From Hypanus sabinus (lineage: Eukaryota): a stretch of 64,000 nt of DNA. Below the pieces are notes generated by a model. That model was not told the origin of the DNA. It searched no databases and saw only the letters and a list, made by a program, of their open reading frames with translations. Of this stretch, positions 1-13,184 are shown piece after piece; within the stretch, counting starts at the first letter, position 1; every line of letters begins with the position of its first letter. The stretch spans positions 6,448,001-6,512,000 of the forward strand of contig NC_082736.1 in the NCBI RefSeq assembly GCF_030144855.1, read 5' to 3'. The position numbers and the translations under genes were made by a program.

Positions 1-355
1 TGGGATCAAAGATAATCCCAAGGCCTCTTGATTTATATTAGTTAAACAGGGATAACCAGAGACTGGAAAGGTCCACTCAAGATTAAAGGAGGAATGATGT
101 GGTTGAAGTCAGACCAAGTGGCTGAGGTACTAAATGAGTCCGTTGTGTCAATATTTACCGAGGAGAAGGAATTGAATGTCAATGAAAACAGAGCGAGACA
201 TGCTAATGTGCAGAGAAATGTTGAGATTAAGGAGGAGGCTGTGCTGGGATATCTGAAAAGCAATAAGATGGATGAGACTCCAAGAACTGAAGGCATATAT
301 CCTACAATAGTGAAAGAAGCAAGTGAGCAGATTGCTGGGGATTTGACAAGGATCT
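1..355 (+). mobile_element. CR1-type LINE ORF2 fragment (degenerate)
   Basis: Translation 'VAEVLNESVVSIFTEEKE...GIYPTIVKEASEQIAGDLTRIY' resembles the CR1 ORF2 linker before the RT domain. Confidence 0.75.
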
Positions 356-819
356 ATGTCGGGGTCCCCAACTTTGTTTGCACCGCAGGCCCATTTAATA
401 TTTATTGACAATATTCTTACGGACCGGCCAGCGGGGGGGAGGGGGGAGGGGTAGGGGTAATATATACCAGATTGCAGGTGAAACTATAAGTCACTTATAA
501 GTGGCTAATTAATACACTCAATTTTGTTTCTAAAGGGTTTATCTAAAGAATTTAGTATTAAACACACAGTGCATATTTTCCTCCCATGAATACAGTGATA
601 AGTCAATTATAGGGCACTTATAAGTCAATAGCATCATAACATATTAAGTAACATATGGATATTAAACACACAGCACCTATTATTCCCGTATGAACATATA
701 AAATCATTGCAACACACCAATATCGGTGAATCAGTAAGAGTCCTGGGCTTGTTTTCCTGCAATAAGGTGGTCTCATCGAGGGGTGATGGGAGACAGCAAT
801 ACTCAAAGGGGGCTCCTTA

Positions 820-854
820 TGTCCTGATGAAGGGTCTCGGCCTGAAATGTCGAC
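820..854 (+). ncRNA. Minimal type I hammerhead ribozyme motif (Penelope-type), partly CpG-decayed
   Basis: tgtc-CTGATGA-a-gggt ctcg gcct-GAAA-tg-TC^-gaca: core boxes, stem II and a 4-bp stem I (tgtc/gaca) are present. Confidence 0.7.
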
Positions 855-952
855 AGTGCTTCTCCTTACAGATGCTGCCTGGCCTGCTGTGTTCTACCAG
901 CATTTTGTGTGTGTTGTTTGAATTTCCAGCATCTGCAGATTTCCTCGTTTTT
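825..952 (+). mobile_element. Short Penelope-derived insertion starting at a hammerhead ribozyme motif
   Basis: Flanked by gctccttatgtcc (812-824) and gctccttatatcc (953-965). It interrupts the hAT transposase C-terminus. Confidence 0.85.
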
Positions 953-2289
953 GCTCCTTATATCCAGTCTATTCCGCAATTTAGTTTTTGTTGCATTCAT
1001 TGCAGAAAACCCCGCTTCACAGAGATATGATGTTGGAAACGGAAGCAACGTTTTCTGTCCTTTCATGGCTATCTCAGGATATTCAGCCTTGACTTTGATC
1101 CAGAATGCCGGCAGAGATGTTACGTTAAAAATATTTTTCAACCCACCATCATTTGCAAGCTCGAGGGGTTGATCTTCCCGCGCTGACATGGATAGCTGTC
1201 ATTCTCCCCTGAAGTTTGCAGACTGTCATTCAGGAGCAACCACTTTGACTCGGGTAGTGAAACCAGACAGCCGTCCAGTCATAGCTGCAGCCCCATCTGT
1301 GCATATTCCAACACAGAATGACCAGTCCGGTTTGCCTAACATGTAGTCATTCAAAGACTTGAACAGTTCTGCCCCAGTTGTGTTAGTTGGCGGTGGCATT
1401 GCGCACAACGTATCCTCGTGCACATCGTCTTGAAATATATATCGCTCATAAACCAGCAGTGTTACCTTGTTGTCGCATTGGTAGACTCGTCGACCTGGAT
1501 AGCATACCATGGTGACTCGTTAAGCCGTTCTAACATCTATGCTTCGATGTCCTCCGCTTTGTCATCGATTCTCCTTGAAACTGTGGTAGCTGGAAGAGAA
1601 ACCTGTGCCATCTTGTTAGCAGCAGCTTCTCTCAACTGTTCACAGCACATGTCCTTGGCAGCAGGCAGAATCAATTCTTCCCCAACAGTGAAAGGCTTCT
1701 TAGCCTCAGCAATATGGCTAGCCACTAACTATGACGCTCTCAGAGCAGCAGCATTTGTGGAGGTGGTGGCTCTCAGCACCCGCTTGAGTCCCACTTGCTC
1801 ACATTTTTTCCACTCAAAAAACTTAAAGGGTTTGTCTTTAAGTGCAGGGAGCTGGGACTCAAGATGCCGAAGTAGTTTTGAGGGCTTCATTGCCTCATTA
1901 GACAGCATGTCTCCACATATCACACACAGGGGCTTGGAGCATACGAGTCACCGGTCGCAATAACGCCATATTTTATGTGCGACTCGTCGTATTTTCTGTT
2001 GAAGGAAGCTTTCTTTTTTTTTGTAGTCTTGGCCTCAGCCGTCTCTGCGTGGTCGTCATCATTGGGCCTTTTATGTCCCCCACCACCTCTTCCAAAGAAA
2101 CTCTCAAGCGACATTTGTTTTTTACTCATACCGACTGATGACCTTGCGTGCATTCAAGTTCAACAGTGGCGTGACAGGGAATGAGGAAAGGTGAAGCTGA
2201 CTCATATCGTTTCATATCACCAAATCATATCGATTCTTCACAGCCTGGCAGCACTTGTTTTGCGGCCCGGTGGTTGGGGACCACTGATC

Positions 2290-4408
2290 TGAGACACTCC
2301 AGAGTTGTTTTGAGGTGACAGACAGGCAGGCACTCTGTGAGCCACATGGAGAGGACAATGATGGGCTCACAGAGTGCATCACTGGTTACATGAACTTCTG
2401 TGTGGACTGCAATGTTCCAGCAAGAACTGTCCTTCGTTATTCAAATAAGAAGTCATGGGTAACAAAGGACATTAAGGACATCCTGAACGCTAAAAAGAGG
2501 GCATTTAGAGATGGAAATAGGGAGGAGCTGAGGACAATACAGAGGGACCTGAAAGCCAAGATCAGGGAGGCTAAAGACAGGTGTAGGAGGAAGCACGAGG
2601 AAATCTGCAGATGCTGGAAATTCAAACAACACACACAAAATGCTGGTGGAACACAGCAGGCCAGGCAGCATCTATAGGAAGAATCACAGTCGACATTTCG
2701 GACCGAGACCCTTCGTCAGGACGCTTGAGTGGAAACTCCAGCACAACATGACAGAGGTCTGGAGTGGGATGAGGACCATCACTGGGTTCAGGCAAACCAG
2801 CAACAGAGGAACTGAAGGCAATGTGGACAGGGACGACAAACTTAACCTGTTCTTCAACAGATTTGACACTGTGGCCCCGGCCCATCCCCCACACGATTCA
2901 TCTGTTGTCGGCCCCCAACCAACACATACTCCACTCTCCCCTCCTACTCCTCCTCACAGCCCCCCACCCTGCTCTCAGGACTACACCCCTCCCCCACCTG
3001 AAACCACCATGGTGGGCTTCACAGCTGAACAGGTGAGAAGACAGCTGAAACGTCTCCACCCAAGCAAGGCGGCAGGCCCGGATGGTGTCAGCCCCAGGGT
3101 GCTCAAAGGCTGTGCCCCCCAGCTATGTGGAGTACTTCACCATGTCTTCAAGCTGAGCCTGAGTCTCCAGAGGGTTCCCGCCAGCCCCGACTAGGAGTTG
3201 AGGATGCCATCGCCTACCTGCTGAACCATGTCTACGCCCACCTGGACAAGCCGGCAAGCACAGTGAGGGTCATGTTTTTTGACTTCTCCAGTGCGTTCAA
3301 CACCCACCGCCCTGCTCTGCTCAGTGAGAAGCTGACAGTGATGCAGGTCGATGCTTCCCTGGTGTCATGGATTATTGATTGCCTGACTGGCAGACCACAG
3401 TACGTGTGCTTACAACACTGTGTCAGACAGAGTGGTCAGCAGCACTGGGGCTCCACAGGGGACTGTCCTGTCTCCCTTTCTCATCACCATCTACACCTCG
3501 GACTTCAACTACTGCACAAAGTCTTGCCAACTTCAGAAGTTTTCTGATGACTCTGCCATAGTTGGATGCATCAGCAAGGGGGATGAGGCAGAGTACAGGG
3601 CTACGGTGGGAAACTTTGTCAAATGGTGCAAGCAGAATCATCTGCAGCTTAATGAGAAAAATACTAAGGAGCTGGTGGTGGACCTGAGGAGGACCAAGGC
3701 ACTGGTGAGCCCTGTTTCCATCCAAGGGGTCAGTCTGGACATGGTGGAGGATTACAAATACCTGGGGATACGAATTGACAATAAACTGGACTGGTCAAAG
3801 AACACTGAGGCTGTCTACAAGAAGGGTCAGAGCCGTCACTATTTCCTGAGGAGAATGAGGTTCTTTAACATCTACCGGAGGATGCTGAGGATGGTCCATG
3901 AGTCTGTGGTGGCCAATGCTATCATGTTTGCTGTTGTGTGCTGGGGCAGCAGGCTGAGGGTAGCAGACACCAACAGAATCAACAAACTCATTCGTAAGGC
4001 CAGTGATGTTGTGGGGGTGGAACTGGACTCTCTGTGGGTTGTGTCTGAAAAGAGGATGCTGTCCAAGTTGCATGCCATCTTGGACAATGTCTCCCATCCA
4101 ATGCACAATGTACTGGTTAGGCACAGGAGTACATTCAGCCAGAGACTCATTCCACCGAGATGCAACACTGAGCCTCATAGGAAGTCATTCCTGCCTGTGG
4201 CCATCAAACTTTACAACTCCTCCCTCGGAGTGTCAGACAACGGGAGCCAATACGCTGGTCCTGGACTTATTTCCACTTGGCATAATTTACTTATTATTTA
4301 ATTATTTGTGGTTTTATATTGCTATATTTCTACACTATTCTTGGTTGGTGCAACTGTAACAAAACCCAGTTTCCCTCAGGATTAATAAAGTATGTCTGTC
4401 TGTCTGTG
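2290..4408 (+). mobile_element. Rex1/Babar-type LINE, 5' truncated, with an internal deletion near 3180
   Basis: RT motifs 'KAAGPDGVSPRVLK', 'FFDFSSAFNT', 'GAPQGTVLSPFL', 'QKFSDDSAIVG' and 'YKYLG'. 3' end has aataaa followed by (tgtc)n. Confidence 0.9.
2594..2720 (-). mobile_element. Short Penelope-derived hammerhead insertion inside the Rex LINE
   Basis: Reverse complement reads gtc-CTGACGA-agggtctcggtcc-GAAA-tgtc-gactg...gatttcctcgtg. Flanks aggaagc / aggacgc. Confidence 0.85.
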
Positions 4409-4679
4409 TCCTGAATTGCAACATTTGAGGTCCCTCAGTACTGGAGTGTAGCAAATGTTGCAGCTTTGATCAAGAAAGGAAATAACTAGAACCTAGGGAT
4501 CTATAAGCAAGGCAGCCTCATTTCAGTGGTGGAGAAGCTACTGGGGAGGATACTGAGGTACAGGGTTTATGCACATTTGGAAAGGCACGGCCTGCTCAGG
4601 GACAATCAGCATGGCTTTGTGCAGGCAGATCACACTTGATAAAGCTGATTGAGGTTTCTGAGGAGGTGATACAGACTCT

Positions 4680-5222
4680 AAGATATAGGATCAGAAATAG
4701 GCCATTAGGCCCATCAAATCTGCTCCGTCATTTCATCGTGGCTAATCCATTTTCCCTCAAAGCCCCAATCCCCTGCCTTCTCCCTGTAACCCTTCATGAT
4801 CTGACCAATCAAGAATCTACCAACCACTGCCTTAAATATACATAAAGTCTTGGCTCCAGTTGCCCGCAGATTCACCTCTCTCTGGCTAAAGAAATTCCTC
4901 ATCTCCACATTCTACAATGCTCTATTCTGAGGCTGCGTCCTCTGGTCTCAGGCACTCCCATCCTCCGCACATCCACTTTATCAAGGCCTTTCACCATTCG
5001 AAAGGTTTCAATTAGGTCAGCCCTCGTTGACCTAAATTCCAGTGAGTACAGGCCCAGAGCAATCAAACGCTCTTCATATGCCAAGCTGTTTCATCCTGGA
5101 GGTAATTTTGAGAATCTCCTTTGAAACACATCCAGTTTCAGCTCATCCTTCCTAAGATAAAGGGCCCACAAATGCTCACAATACTCCAGTGAGACCTCAC
5201 CAGTACTTTATAAAGTCTCAAC
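4680..5222 (-). mobile_element. CR1 LINE 3' end
   Basis: Minus ORFs 'YEERLIALGLYSLEFR', 'MRNFFSQREVNL' followed by a CR1-like 3' UTR. Confidence 0.85.
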
Positions 5223-5448
5223 ACTGTTATGATTGGTGCAGATATTGTGGACTGAAGGGCAGGTTGCCATCTGTTCCATATTGTGTACTGACGAATATGT
5301 TTGATCTACCAGCTATTGCAGGGACATGGTTACAGAGTCTTGCACTGGGAATTTGACATTCCTACATGTTTAATGTTCCACACGGAATCGGCAAAATGGA
5401 AAGGAGCAGGGTGGATTTGTTCATAACGTGCTGGTGAAGGGGTGGATA

Positions 5449-7002
5449 CAGTGCCATCAAAAGTATTCAGTCTCCTTTGGAGGTTTTCATGTTTATTGTT
5501 CTGCAACGTTGATTCACAGTGGATTTAATTTGTCTTTATTTTCCCACACTGATCAGCAGAATGGACTCTCTGGTCTCAAAGTGAAAAACAGATCTTTACA
5601 AAGTGATCTAATTAATTGCAAATATAAAACACAAAATAAATTAATTGCATTGGTATTCACCTCCTTCAAGTCAAGTTGACGCACATTTGTCAGTAATTAC
5701 CGTTGGCTCTATGTGGACAGGTCTCTATGCGCTTTGCACATCTGGACACTGAAAATTTTCCCCATTCTTCTTTACAAAACTGCTGAAGCTCTGTCAGATT
5801 GCATGCGGTTCATGAATGAACAGATCTTTTCAAGTCCAGTTACAAATTCTCAATTGGATTGAGGTCTGGACTCTGACTTGGCCACTCCCGGACATTAACT
5901 TTGGTTTTAAGTCATTCCTGTGCAATTTTGGTTTTATACTTGCAGTCATTCTCCTGCTGGAAAATGAATCTTCTCCTAAGTCACAGTTCGCTTGCAGACT
6001 GAATTAGGTTTTCCTCCAAGATTTCACTGTATTTGGCTGCATTCATTTTACCCTCTACTTTTCTGAGCCTTTCAGGGCCTGCTGCAGTGAAACATCCCCA
6101 CAGCAAGATGCAGCCTCCACCAGGCTGGGATGGTGTGTTTTTGATGCTGTGCGGTGTTTGTCTTGCGCCAAGCTTAGTGTTTAATCTGATGGCCAAAAAG
6201 GTCAATTTTGTTTCATCAGACTATAGAACCTTCTTCCAGTTGACTTCGGAGTCTTCTGGCAAACTCCAGGTGAGATTTCATGAGAGCTTTTTTCAACAAT
6301 GGCTTTCTCTTTGCCACTCTCCCAAAAAGCTCTGACAGGTGAAGCATCTCGGCAACAGTTGTTGTCTACACAGTCTCTCCCATCTCAGCCACTGAAGATT
6401 GTGATTTCTCTAGAGTTATCATAGGTCTCTGGTTAGCCTCCCTCACTCGTCCCCTTCTTGCACAGTCACTCAGTTTTTGAGGATGGCCTCATCCTGGCAG
6501 ATTTACAGCTCTGCCATATTCTTTCCATTTCAGGATGAGTGACTTAACTGTACTCCAAGGGATGTTCAGTGACTTGAAAATTTTCTTGTATCCATCTGCT
6601 GAATTGTGATTTCCAATTACCTTTTTGCAGAGCTGCTCAGAGTGTTAATTTGTTTTTATGGTGTAGTTTCTCCCAGAATACTGACTACCAACAGTCGTGT
6701 ATTTTTACTACAATCAATTGAAACACCTTGACTCACAGAGTCCTCCACTTAACTGATAATGTAATTCCTAAAACTGTACCAGTGATGATTTGGGGGTGAA
6801 TATTTATACAGTCAATTATTTTGCGTTTTATATCTGTAATTAATTTCAAGCACTTTGTGGAGATCTGTTTTCACTTTGACACAAAAGTCTTTTTCTCTTG
6901 ATCAGTCAAACAAATGTCAAATTCAATCCACCGTCATTCAAAGTTGTAAAACATTAAAACATGAAAACTTTAAAGCAGCATGAATACTTTTCATAGGTAC
7001 CT
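5449..7002 (-). mobile_element. Tc1/mariner transposon, decayed
   Basis: TA-cagtgccatcaaaagtattca at 5447 has an inverted counterpart tgaatacttttcatagg near 6981-6997. Transposase remnant 'GGGCILLWGCFTAAGPERLRKVEGKMNAAKYSEILEENL'. Confidence 0.9.
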
Positions 7003-7199
7003 TACATGTAGGGACAGTGATGGTGAAAGGGGAGGGAAAGAAGACACAGGGAGGAGTGGTCTCAGGATGCTCAGGTGTTCCTCCCGATGGGATAAAACAC
7101 AAAAGGGTAAATATCAAAGAGAGATGAGAATGGAGCAGTGATTGTCATGAGAGATTTAATCGGAAGCAAATTGATGTACCACAACATCGAGTACCTCTA

Positions 7200-7770
7200 C
7201 TCTGTGAGCTGCAACAACAACAATCTGCCAGTGGCAATGCATTCTAGTTCCATTTCCCATTCACATACTGACATATTGGTGCCTTACACGTGTTTTAACC
7301 AGTGGTGGGGCGGTAATGGGGACAAGCTGTCACTTCCTATAAATTACTGCTTCAAATTGTCTCTGTCAACCAAGTCCAGCTCCTGGCTTTTATCGCTTAG
7401 CTACGAAGCCTGACAGACTCTTTCTTAGTGACGGGGAGGGTCTAAATGGGTTTACTGGCATCATATAACTAACCGCTAAGGGCAGATGGGGCTTTCACTC
7501 TCTCTGGTTCTCCACCTCCTTCGTGTCATCCCATGGTCCAACGTTCTCTCCTACTGGATTCCTTTCTCTTCATCTCTTTGCCTTTCCTGTCTGTCACCCA
7601 GGTCTTCACATTATCATCCCTCCACAAAACAACCCCCTCCCCCACTCACTTGTCCTCCCCCCCCTCCCTGCACCTTATTCTGGCTACTGTCCCTTTCTTG
7701 CTAATCCTGATGAAGGTTCTCAGCCCAAAATGTCGACTCTTTGCTGAGTTCCTGCAGTATTTTGTGCGTG
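7200..7770 (+). mobile_element. Penelope-like element 3' remnant with degenerate hammerhead, interrupted by another repeat
   Basis: Pyrimidine-rich tract followed by cctgatgaaggttctcagcccaaaatgtcgac at about 7707-7737. Confidence 0.65.
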
Positions 7771-7859
7771 TTTGTGTCAGTCTGTGTGGTCATTGAGCTG
7801 ATCAAACTGGTACAGTCAAAGAGGAAATTGTGGAGTGGTCAGAGACAGTTTCTTACAGC

Positions 7860-10620
7860 AGGACCTTACCCAGGAACGAGACATCTCATATGTAATCTGT
7901 ATAACGAGGTGGGATTAAAGAGAGATCTTGTGGTGAAGTATCCCAGAAGAAGTGATCACAATGTGGGAGAACTCCAGACCACAGATTGATGGTGAACACC
8001 AGGGTCCAGAACCAGTGTCCTCAACCTAAATAAAGGCAATTATGGAGACGTGACAGTGGCGTTGTCTGGGGCAGATGGGGTAAATATGCTTAGGGACAAG
8101 TCAATAATGAGCAGTGGCGATGTTTAAGGAGACTGTTCATAACAGTCAGCAGACATTGATCCCGATTCTACAGAGGGATCACAGAGAGCAAAGAACGTTC
8201 TGTGGTCAATGGAGTTCAAGGGAAACAATAAATCAAAGAGCATAAAAAGAGGCAAGGGTTGGCAGTAGAAAAGAGGATCAGGATTTTTCCAGGAACCAGT
8301 GATGAGACAAAAGCTAAAACTAACAAGGAAAAAGCAGATAGGTTAACTCAATAATTTTAATTAGTGTTCACAGTGGGGACACAGCAAACATCCCAGAGAT
8401 ATCGAACAGTGACATTTCAACATTGTCCCATAATGTGTAACAATCACCAACACAAGGGTGAAACTAAAGGGACTAAAAGCAAACATTTCCAGGTCCCAAC
8501 GACCAGCACTGAAGTCTGGAGAGAAAGTACAGACACTGAAGTCTGTCAAAACTCACTGTTACAGAAAGGTCCCAGTGGAGTTGAAAACCATTGTTGAAGA
8601 AGGGTGGAAGATAAAAAGCAGGTGACTGTAGTCCAGTTAACTTCACTTCAGCTACTGGAGTCTATAATCTGTGAAGAAATAACAAGTCATTTAGAAAAGT
8701 TTAATGTGATTGAACTGAGTCAACAGGGTTTACAGTCAGATTCACACAGCACAGAAACGAGCCCTTCAGCTCAAATGGTCCACACTGACCAAAGTTCCCA
8801 TCTGAGCTTGTGGTCTGTAACCCCCTCATCACCACATTAAGAACAAGGCTATCCTCCTCCTTATCCCATATCCTTCAAAACCTTTCCTTCCCATCTACCT
8901 GTCCAAGTACTTTTCTTAAATATACCTGACTCAACCATCCCCCCGGCAGCTCACTCCATACACTGACCAGCCTGTGTGTGGAAAAGTTGCCCTTCAGGCT
9001 CCTATTAAATCTCATCTCAAACCAATGCTCTTCAGTTCTTGATTCCCCTACCCTGACAAAAATATTGTTATCTTTGACTCAACCCAGGCCACTTATTATT
9101 TTATACACCTCTGCAATATCGCCACTCATTCTCCAACTTCCCAAGGAAAATTATCCAAAACACTTCCCACAAATCAGTCCTTCGAGATCCAGTAACATGC
9201 CCGTAAATCACCTCTGCACTCTTTCCAGCTCAATGGTGTCTGTCATACTGCATGATCACTAAAACTAAACACTATTTATGAAATGCGGCCAAACCAACGT
9301 GTTGTACAACCGCACCATTTCATCCCAGCTTCTATATCCGGTGCCCTGACTGAAGGCCAGTGTTCCAAAAGCCTCGTCACCACCCTGTCCATCTGGAACC
9401 TGGTTTTTGTCCCTGTAACCTGGGTTACTGAATGTTAAGTCATGGTTGACAAACATACCAGAGATTTGAGACTTTACAGAAGAAGTTGGAGAAGTGGTGA
9501 TTTTGGATTTTCAGGAGCCATTTGCCAATGTCTCACATGAAAGACTGGTGCACAAGACCAGAGCTCAGTACTGGGAAGGAAGTGTGTTAATATTGACTGA
9601 AGACTGGTTGTCATACTGAGACAGAATAACAGGTCTGTTTCAGGCTGGGATGACATAACTACTGGACTGTTGAGGTGTTGCCTGCACAACAAAATAGAGA
9701 CGGGTGCAGTGAGGGGTTCATAAGACCATATATGACCAAAATTCAGAGGTGAATGGTTCATTGACATTTATTGCTGGGGCATTAGTGCAGAGAAACAGAG
9801 CAGTGTTGCTACAGTGTCAGACAAATGCACATTGATGGATTTTGGGAAGTTAAAGCAGGTCAGCACATACCCAGTGAATGGCAGGGTCCTGAGGAGTGTT
9901 GATGAAAAGATAAACCTGAGGCACAGGTAAATAGTTCCCTGAAAGTGCCAACACAGGTAGACAAGGTGGTGAAGAAGGTGCATGAAATGCTTAGCTTCAT
10001 CAGCAAAGGCTCTGAGAGGAGTTGGGACATCACATTACAGTTGTACAAATCAATAATTACCCCACACCAGGAGTACCCTGTGCAGTTCTGGTCACCATGA
10101 GAGGAAGGATGTGATTAAGCTGGAAAGGTGCAGAAACGATTCACAGGAATGGAACCTGGACTGGGGGCTTGAGTTACAAGGAAAGATCAGACTGACTGGG
10201 ACTATTTTCCCTGGAGTGAAGGAGGCTGAGGGAAGACCTGACAGAAGTTTATAAAACTATGAGAGGTGCCAACAAGCTAGACAGTCAAAATCACTTCCTC
10301 AGGTTAGAAATATCAAATATGAGAAAGCACAGCTGTAAAATGCCAGGGTGAGAATTAAAAAGTCTATTTCAGGGCAGGTAATATTTCTGTTTCCATACGG
10401 CAAGTGGTGAGGGCAGAGTATGGGTTGCCTTAGGGAGTGGTGGAAGTAGATATGATAATGACATTTAACAGCGTTTTAGATAAGCCATGAATATTCAGAG
10501 CATTGAAGCACATGAATTATACGCAGGCAGAAGAGATTTAGTTCCATTTGACATCGTGCTCAGCACAGACGTCATGGGAAGAAGGGCCTGTTCCTGTGCT
10601 GTACTGTTCTGTGTTCTCTG
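7860..10620. mobile_element. Patchwork of old CR1 LINE fragments in both orientations
   Basis: 'RRSDHNV' EN motif, 'MVRLYNTLVWPH' (minus strand) and a plus-strand ORF2 C-terminus with 3' UTR at 9490-10620. Confidence 0.7.
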
Positions 10621-10629
10621 TGAGCCTCA

Positions 10630-11025
10630 GTGATGGGGGAGTCTTTAGCCGGGGTCACAGACAGGTGTATCTGTGGCAAGGAGAGAGACTGCAGGATGGT
10701 GCATTACCCCCCTGGTACCAGGACCAAGGATGTAACTGAACAAGTACAGGCCATTCTGAAAGGGCAGGGTGAGCAGACACAGATTGTGTCCATATTGGTT
10801 CTAACAAAAGAGACAAAGTCCTGCAAAGAGACTGAGGGAGTTGGGGAAAAAATTAAGTAGAAACACTGTGGTGAGGAGGGGGGTAATCCCAGTGTCACCT
10901 GCTAGTGTGGGAAGAAAGAAAAAGGTGGTACAGTTATATGTGTGGCTCACAAGCTGGTGCAGGACGGAGGATTTTTGTTACATGGATCATTGGGCTCTCT
11001 TTCAGGAGAGGAGTTGGGAAGAGTG
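10630..11025 (+). mobile_element. CR1 ORF1 esterase (SGNH-like) fragment
   Basis: 'RMVHYPPGTRTKDVTEQVQAILKGQGEQ' and 'LYVWLTSWCRTEDFCYMDHWALF'. Confidence 0.7.
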
Positions 11026-11094
11026 AAAGGTCAGTAGTGGAGTTGACGGATGTGGATCAGCACATGTGACCAACTAACCGATTTGTCTTTGGAC

Positions 11095-12016
11095 AGTGGG
11101 AGGAAAGCTGGGCAGCGGTGTTAGCTGTGAGGAGGATGCTAAGAGGATGCAGGGTGACTTGGATAGGTTAGTTGAGTGGGCAAATTCATGGCAGATGCAA
11201 TTTAATGTGGATAAATGTGAGGTTATCCACTTTGGTTGCAAGAACAGGAAAAAAGATTATTATCTGAATGGTGGCCGATTAGGAAAAGGAGAGATGCAAC
11301 GAGACCTGGGTGTCATTATACACCAGTCATTGAAGGTGGACATGCAGGTACAGCAGGCGGTGAAAAAGGCAAATGGTATGTTGGCATTCATAGCAAAAAG
11401 ATTTTTGTACAGGAGCAGGGAGGTTCTACCGCAGTTGTACAAGACCTTGGTGAGACTGCACCTAGAATATTGTGTGCAGTTCTAGTCCCCTAATCTGAGG
11501 AAAGACATTCTTGCCATAGAGGGAGTACAGAGAAGGTTCACCAGATTGATTCCTGGGGTGGCAGGACTTTCATATGAAGAAAGACTGGATCTACTAGGCT
11601 TATACTCACTGGAATTTAGAAGATTGAGGGGGGATCTTATTGAAACGTATAAAATTCTAAAGGGATTGGACAGGCTAGATGCAGGAAGATTGTTTCAGAT
11701 GTTGGGGAAGTCCAGAACGAGGGGTCACAGTTTAAGGATATAGGGGAAGCCGTTTAGGATCGAGATGAGGAGAAACTTCTTCACACAGAGAGTGGTGAAT
11801 CTGTGGAATTCTCTGCCACAGGAAACAGTTGAGGCCAGTTCATTGGCTATATTTAAGAGGAAGTTAGATATGGCCCTTGTGGCTAAAGGGATTGAGGGTA
11901 CAGAGAGAAAGCAGGTACAGGGTTCTGAGATGGATGATCAGCCATGATCATACTGAATGGCAGTGCAGGCTCGAAGGGCCGAATGGCCTGCTCCTGCACA
12001 TATTTTTTATGTTTCT
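11095..12016 (+). mobile_element. Relatively young 5'-truncated CR1 LINE
   Basis: One frame with only a few stops: 'WQMQFNVDKCEVIHFG...LYKTLVRLHLEYCVQF*...YEERLDLLGLYSLEFRRLRGDLIETYKI...FFTQRVVNLWNSLP', then a 3' UTR ending ttttatgtttctat. Confidence 0.92.
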
Positions 12017-13184
12017 ATTAGAAATAAAAGAATAAAAAGTTACCGCAAACAGTCTAACATGAGGGGTGCCGTCACTTCCCCGGCTATAGGTTGAGTCATT
12101 ACAGAGCCGAGGGTCCGAATGACTTCAACCCGTGTTGATGCCATTTGCCCAGGACACCACTGCATAGTTAATGAGCACAGTGGCACTGAGGGGCTGAAGT
12201 GTGTTTGTGTCAGTGCCGGGTGTGGAACAGTTAATGCAGACGTACTTAGAGCCTGGAATAGTACATGGCACAGTGATTCAGCCATTACAGAGAAGGGCAG
12301 GACTGGTAGCGAAACATTCCAGGATTCAGATTCAGACAGTCCAGAGGGAGGTGAATGAGGCTGGGGAGCTGTACTGCTGATCAGGCAGAATGTCACAAAT
12401 TCAAGTTCATCCAGTGAGACAATGCGGGTAGAACTCAGGAATAAGAAGAGTGCAATCACTGCGATGGGATTGTACTGTAGGGCTCCAAACAACCAGTGAG
12501 AGAGAGGAACAGATATGTCAGCAGGTTATGGGCTGATGTAAAAACAACAGAGCAGCTTTGCTGAGTGAATAATCTCCCCAGTGACTGGGACTCCCTTACC
12601 ACCTGAGACTTGGATGGGGCATTATTTGTTAAATGTGTTCAGCAAGGTTTCCTGAAACAGTATGTAGATGGTCCACCAGGGAGGGAGACATTCTTGACTT
12701 TGCTTTGGGAAATATGGGACTCACCAGAGTGGTGGCGGGAACAACCAGTGTACACAGAGGAATTAGACAGGTCCTTCAGGGGAAATAACCTGCAGAGCTG
12801 TGGGGACAGAGTGGGGAATGGGACTGTGGAAATGTTGTAGCAGGAGTTGGTATAAACTTGATGGGTCAGATAGTCCAGACCATCCCAGAATGATCCTGTG
12901 ACCAATAACAGTCTGAAAAAATCATTCTGGTCTCCAGTCAATCTTCCAAACTCCAGGGTGGACAAGAGCAATTGTGTAATGAGGACACACTTCTGTAAAA
13001 ACACTGACAGTGTATTCCAAGCACACTGAGCTGCCAGAGCACAGCACCTGCCAGTGAGGACACAGACAAGTACAACACCCGGCTCTCTAATAAAAAGTTC
13101 AAAGCTGAAAGTAAATGTAATATCAAAATACATTTCTGTCATCATACGCAACCCCGGGATTTATTTTCTTGTGTGCGTACTGCT

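Larger units (their letters stand above)
360..2286 (-). mobile_element. hAT (Buster/ZBED5-SCAND3-like) DNA transposon, internally deleted, transposase frameshifted
   Basis: TIR-like ends cggggtccccaac (360) and ggttggggaccactg (2272-2286). Minus-strand pieces include 'CV/ICGDMLSNEAMKPSKLLRHL' (BED-like), 'GICTDGAAAMTG' and the C-terminal 'LLPFPTSYLCEAGFSAM'. The middle of the transposase is missing. Confidence 0.9.
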
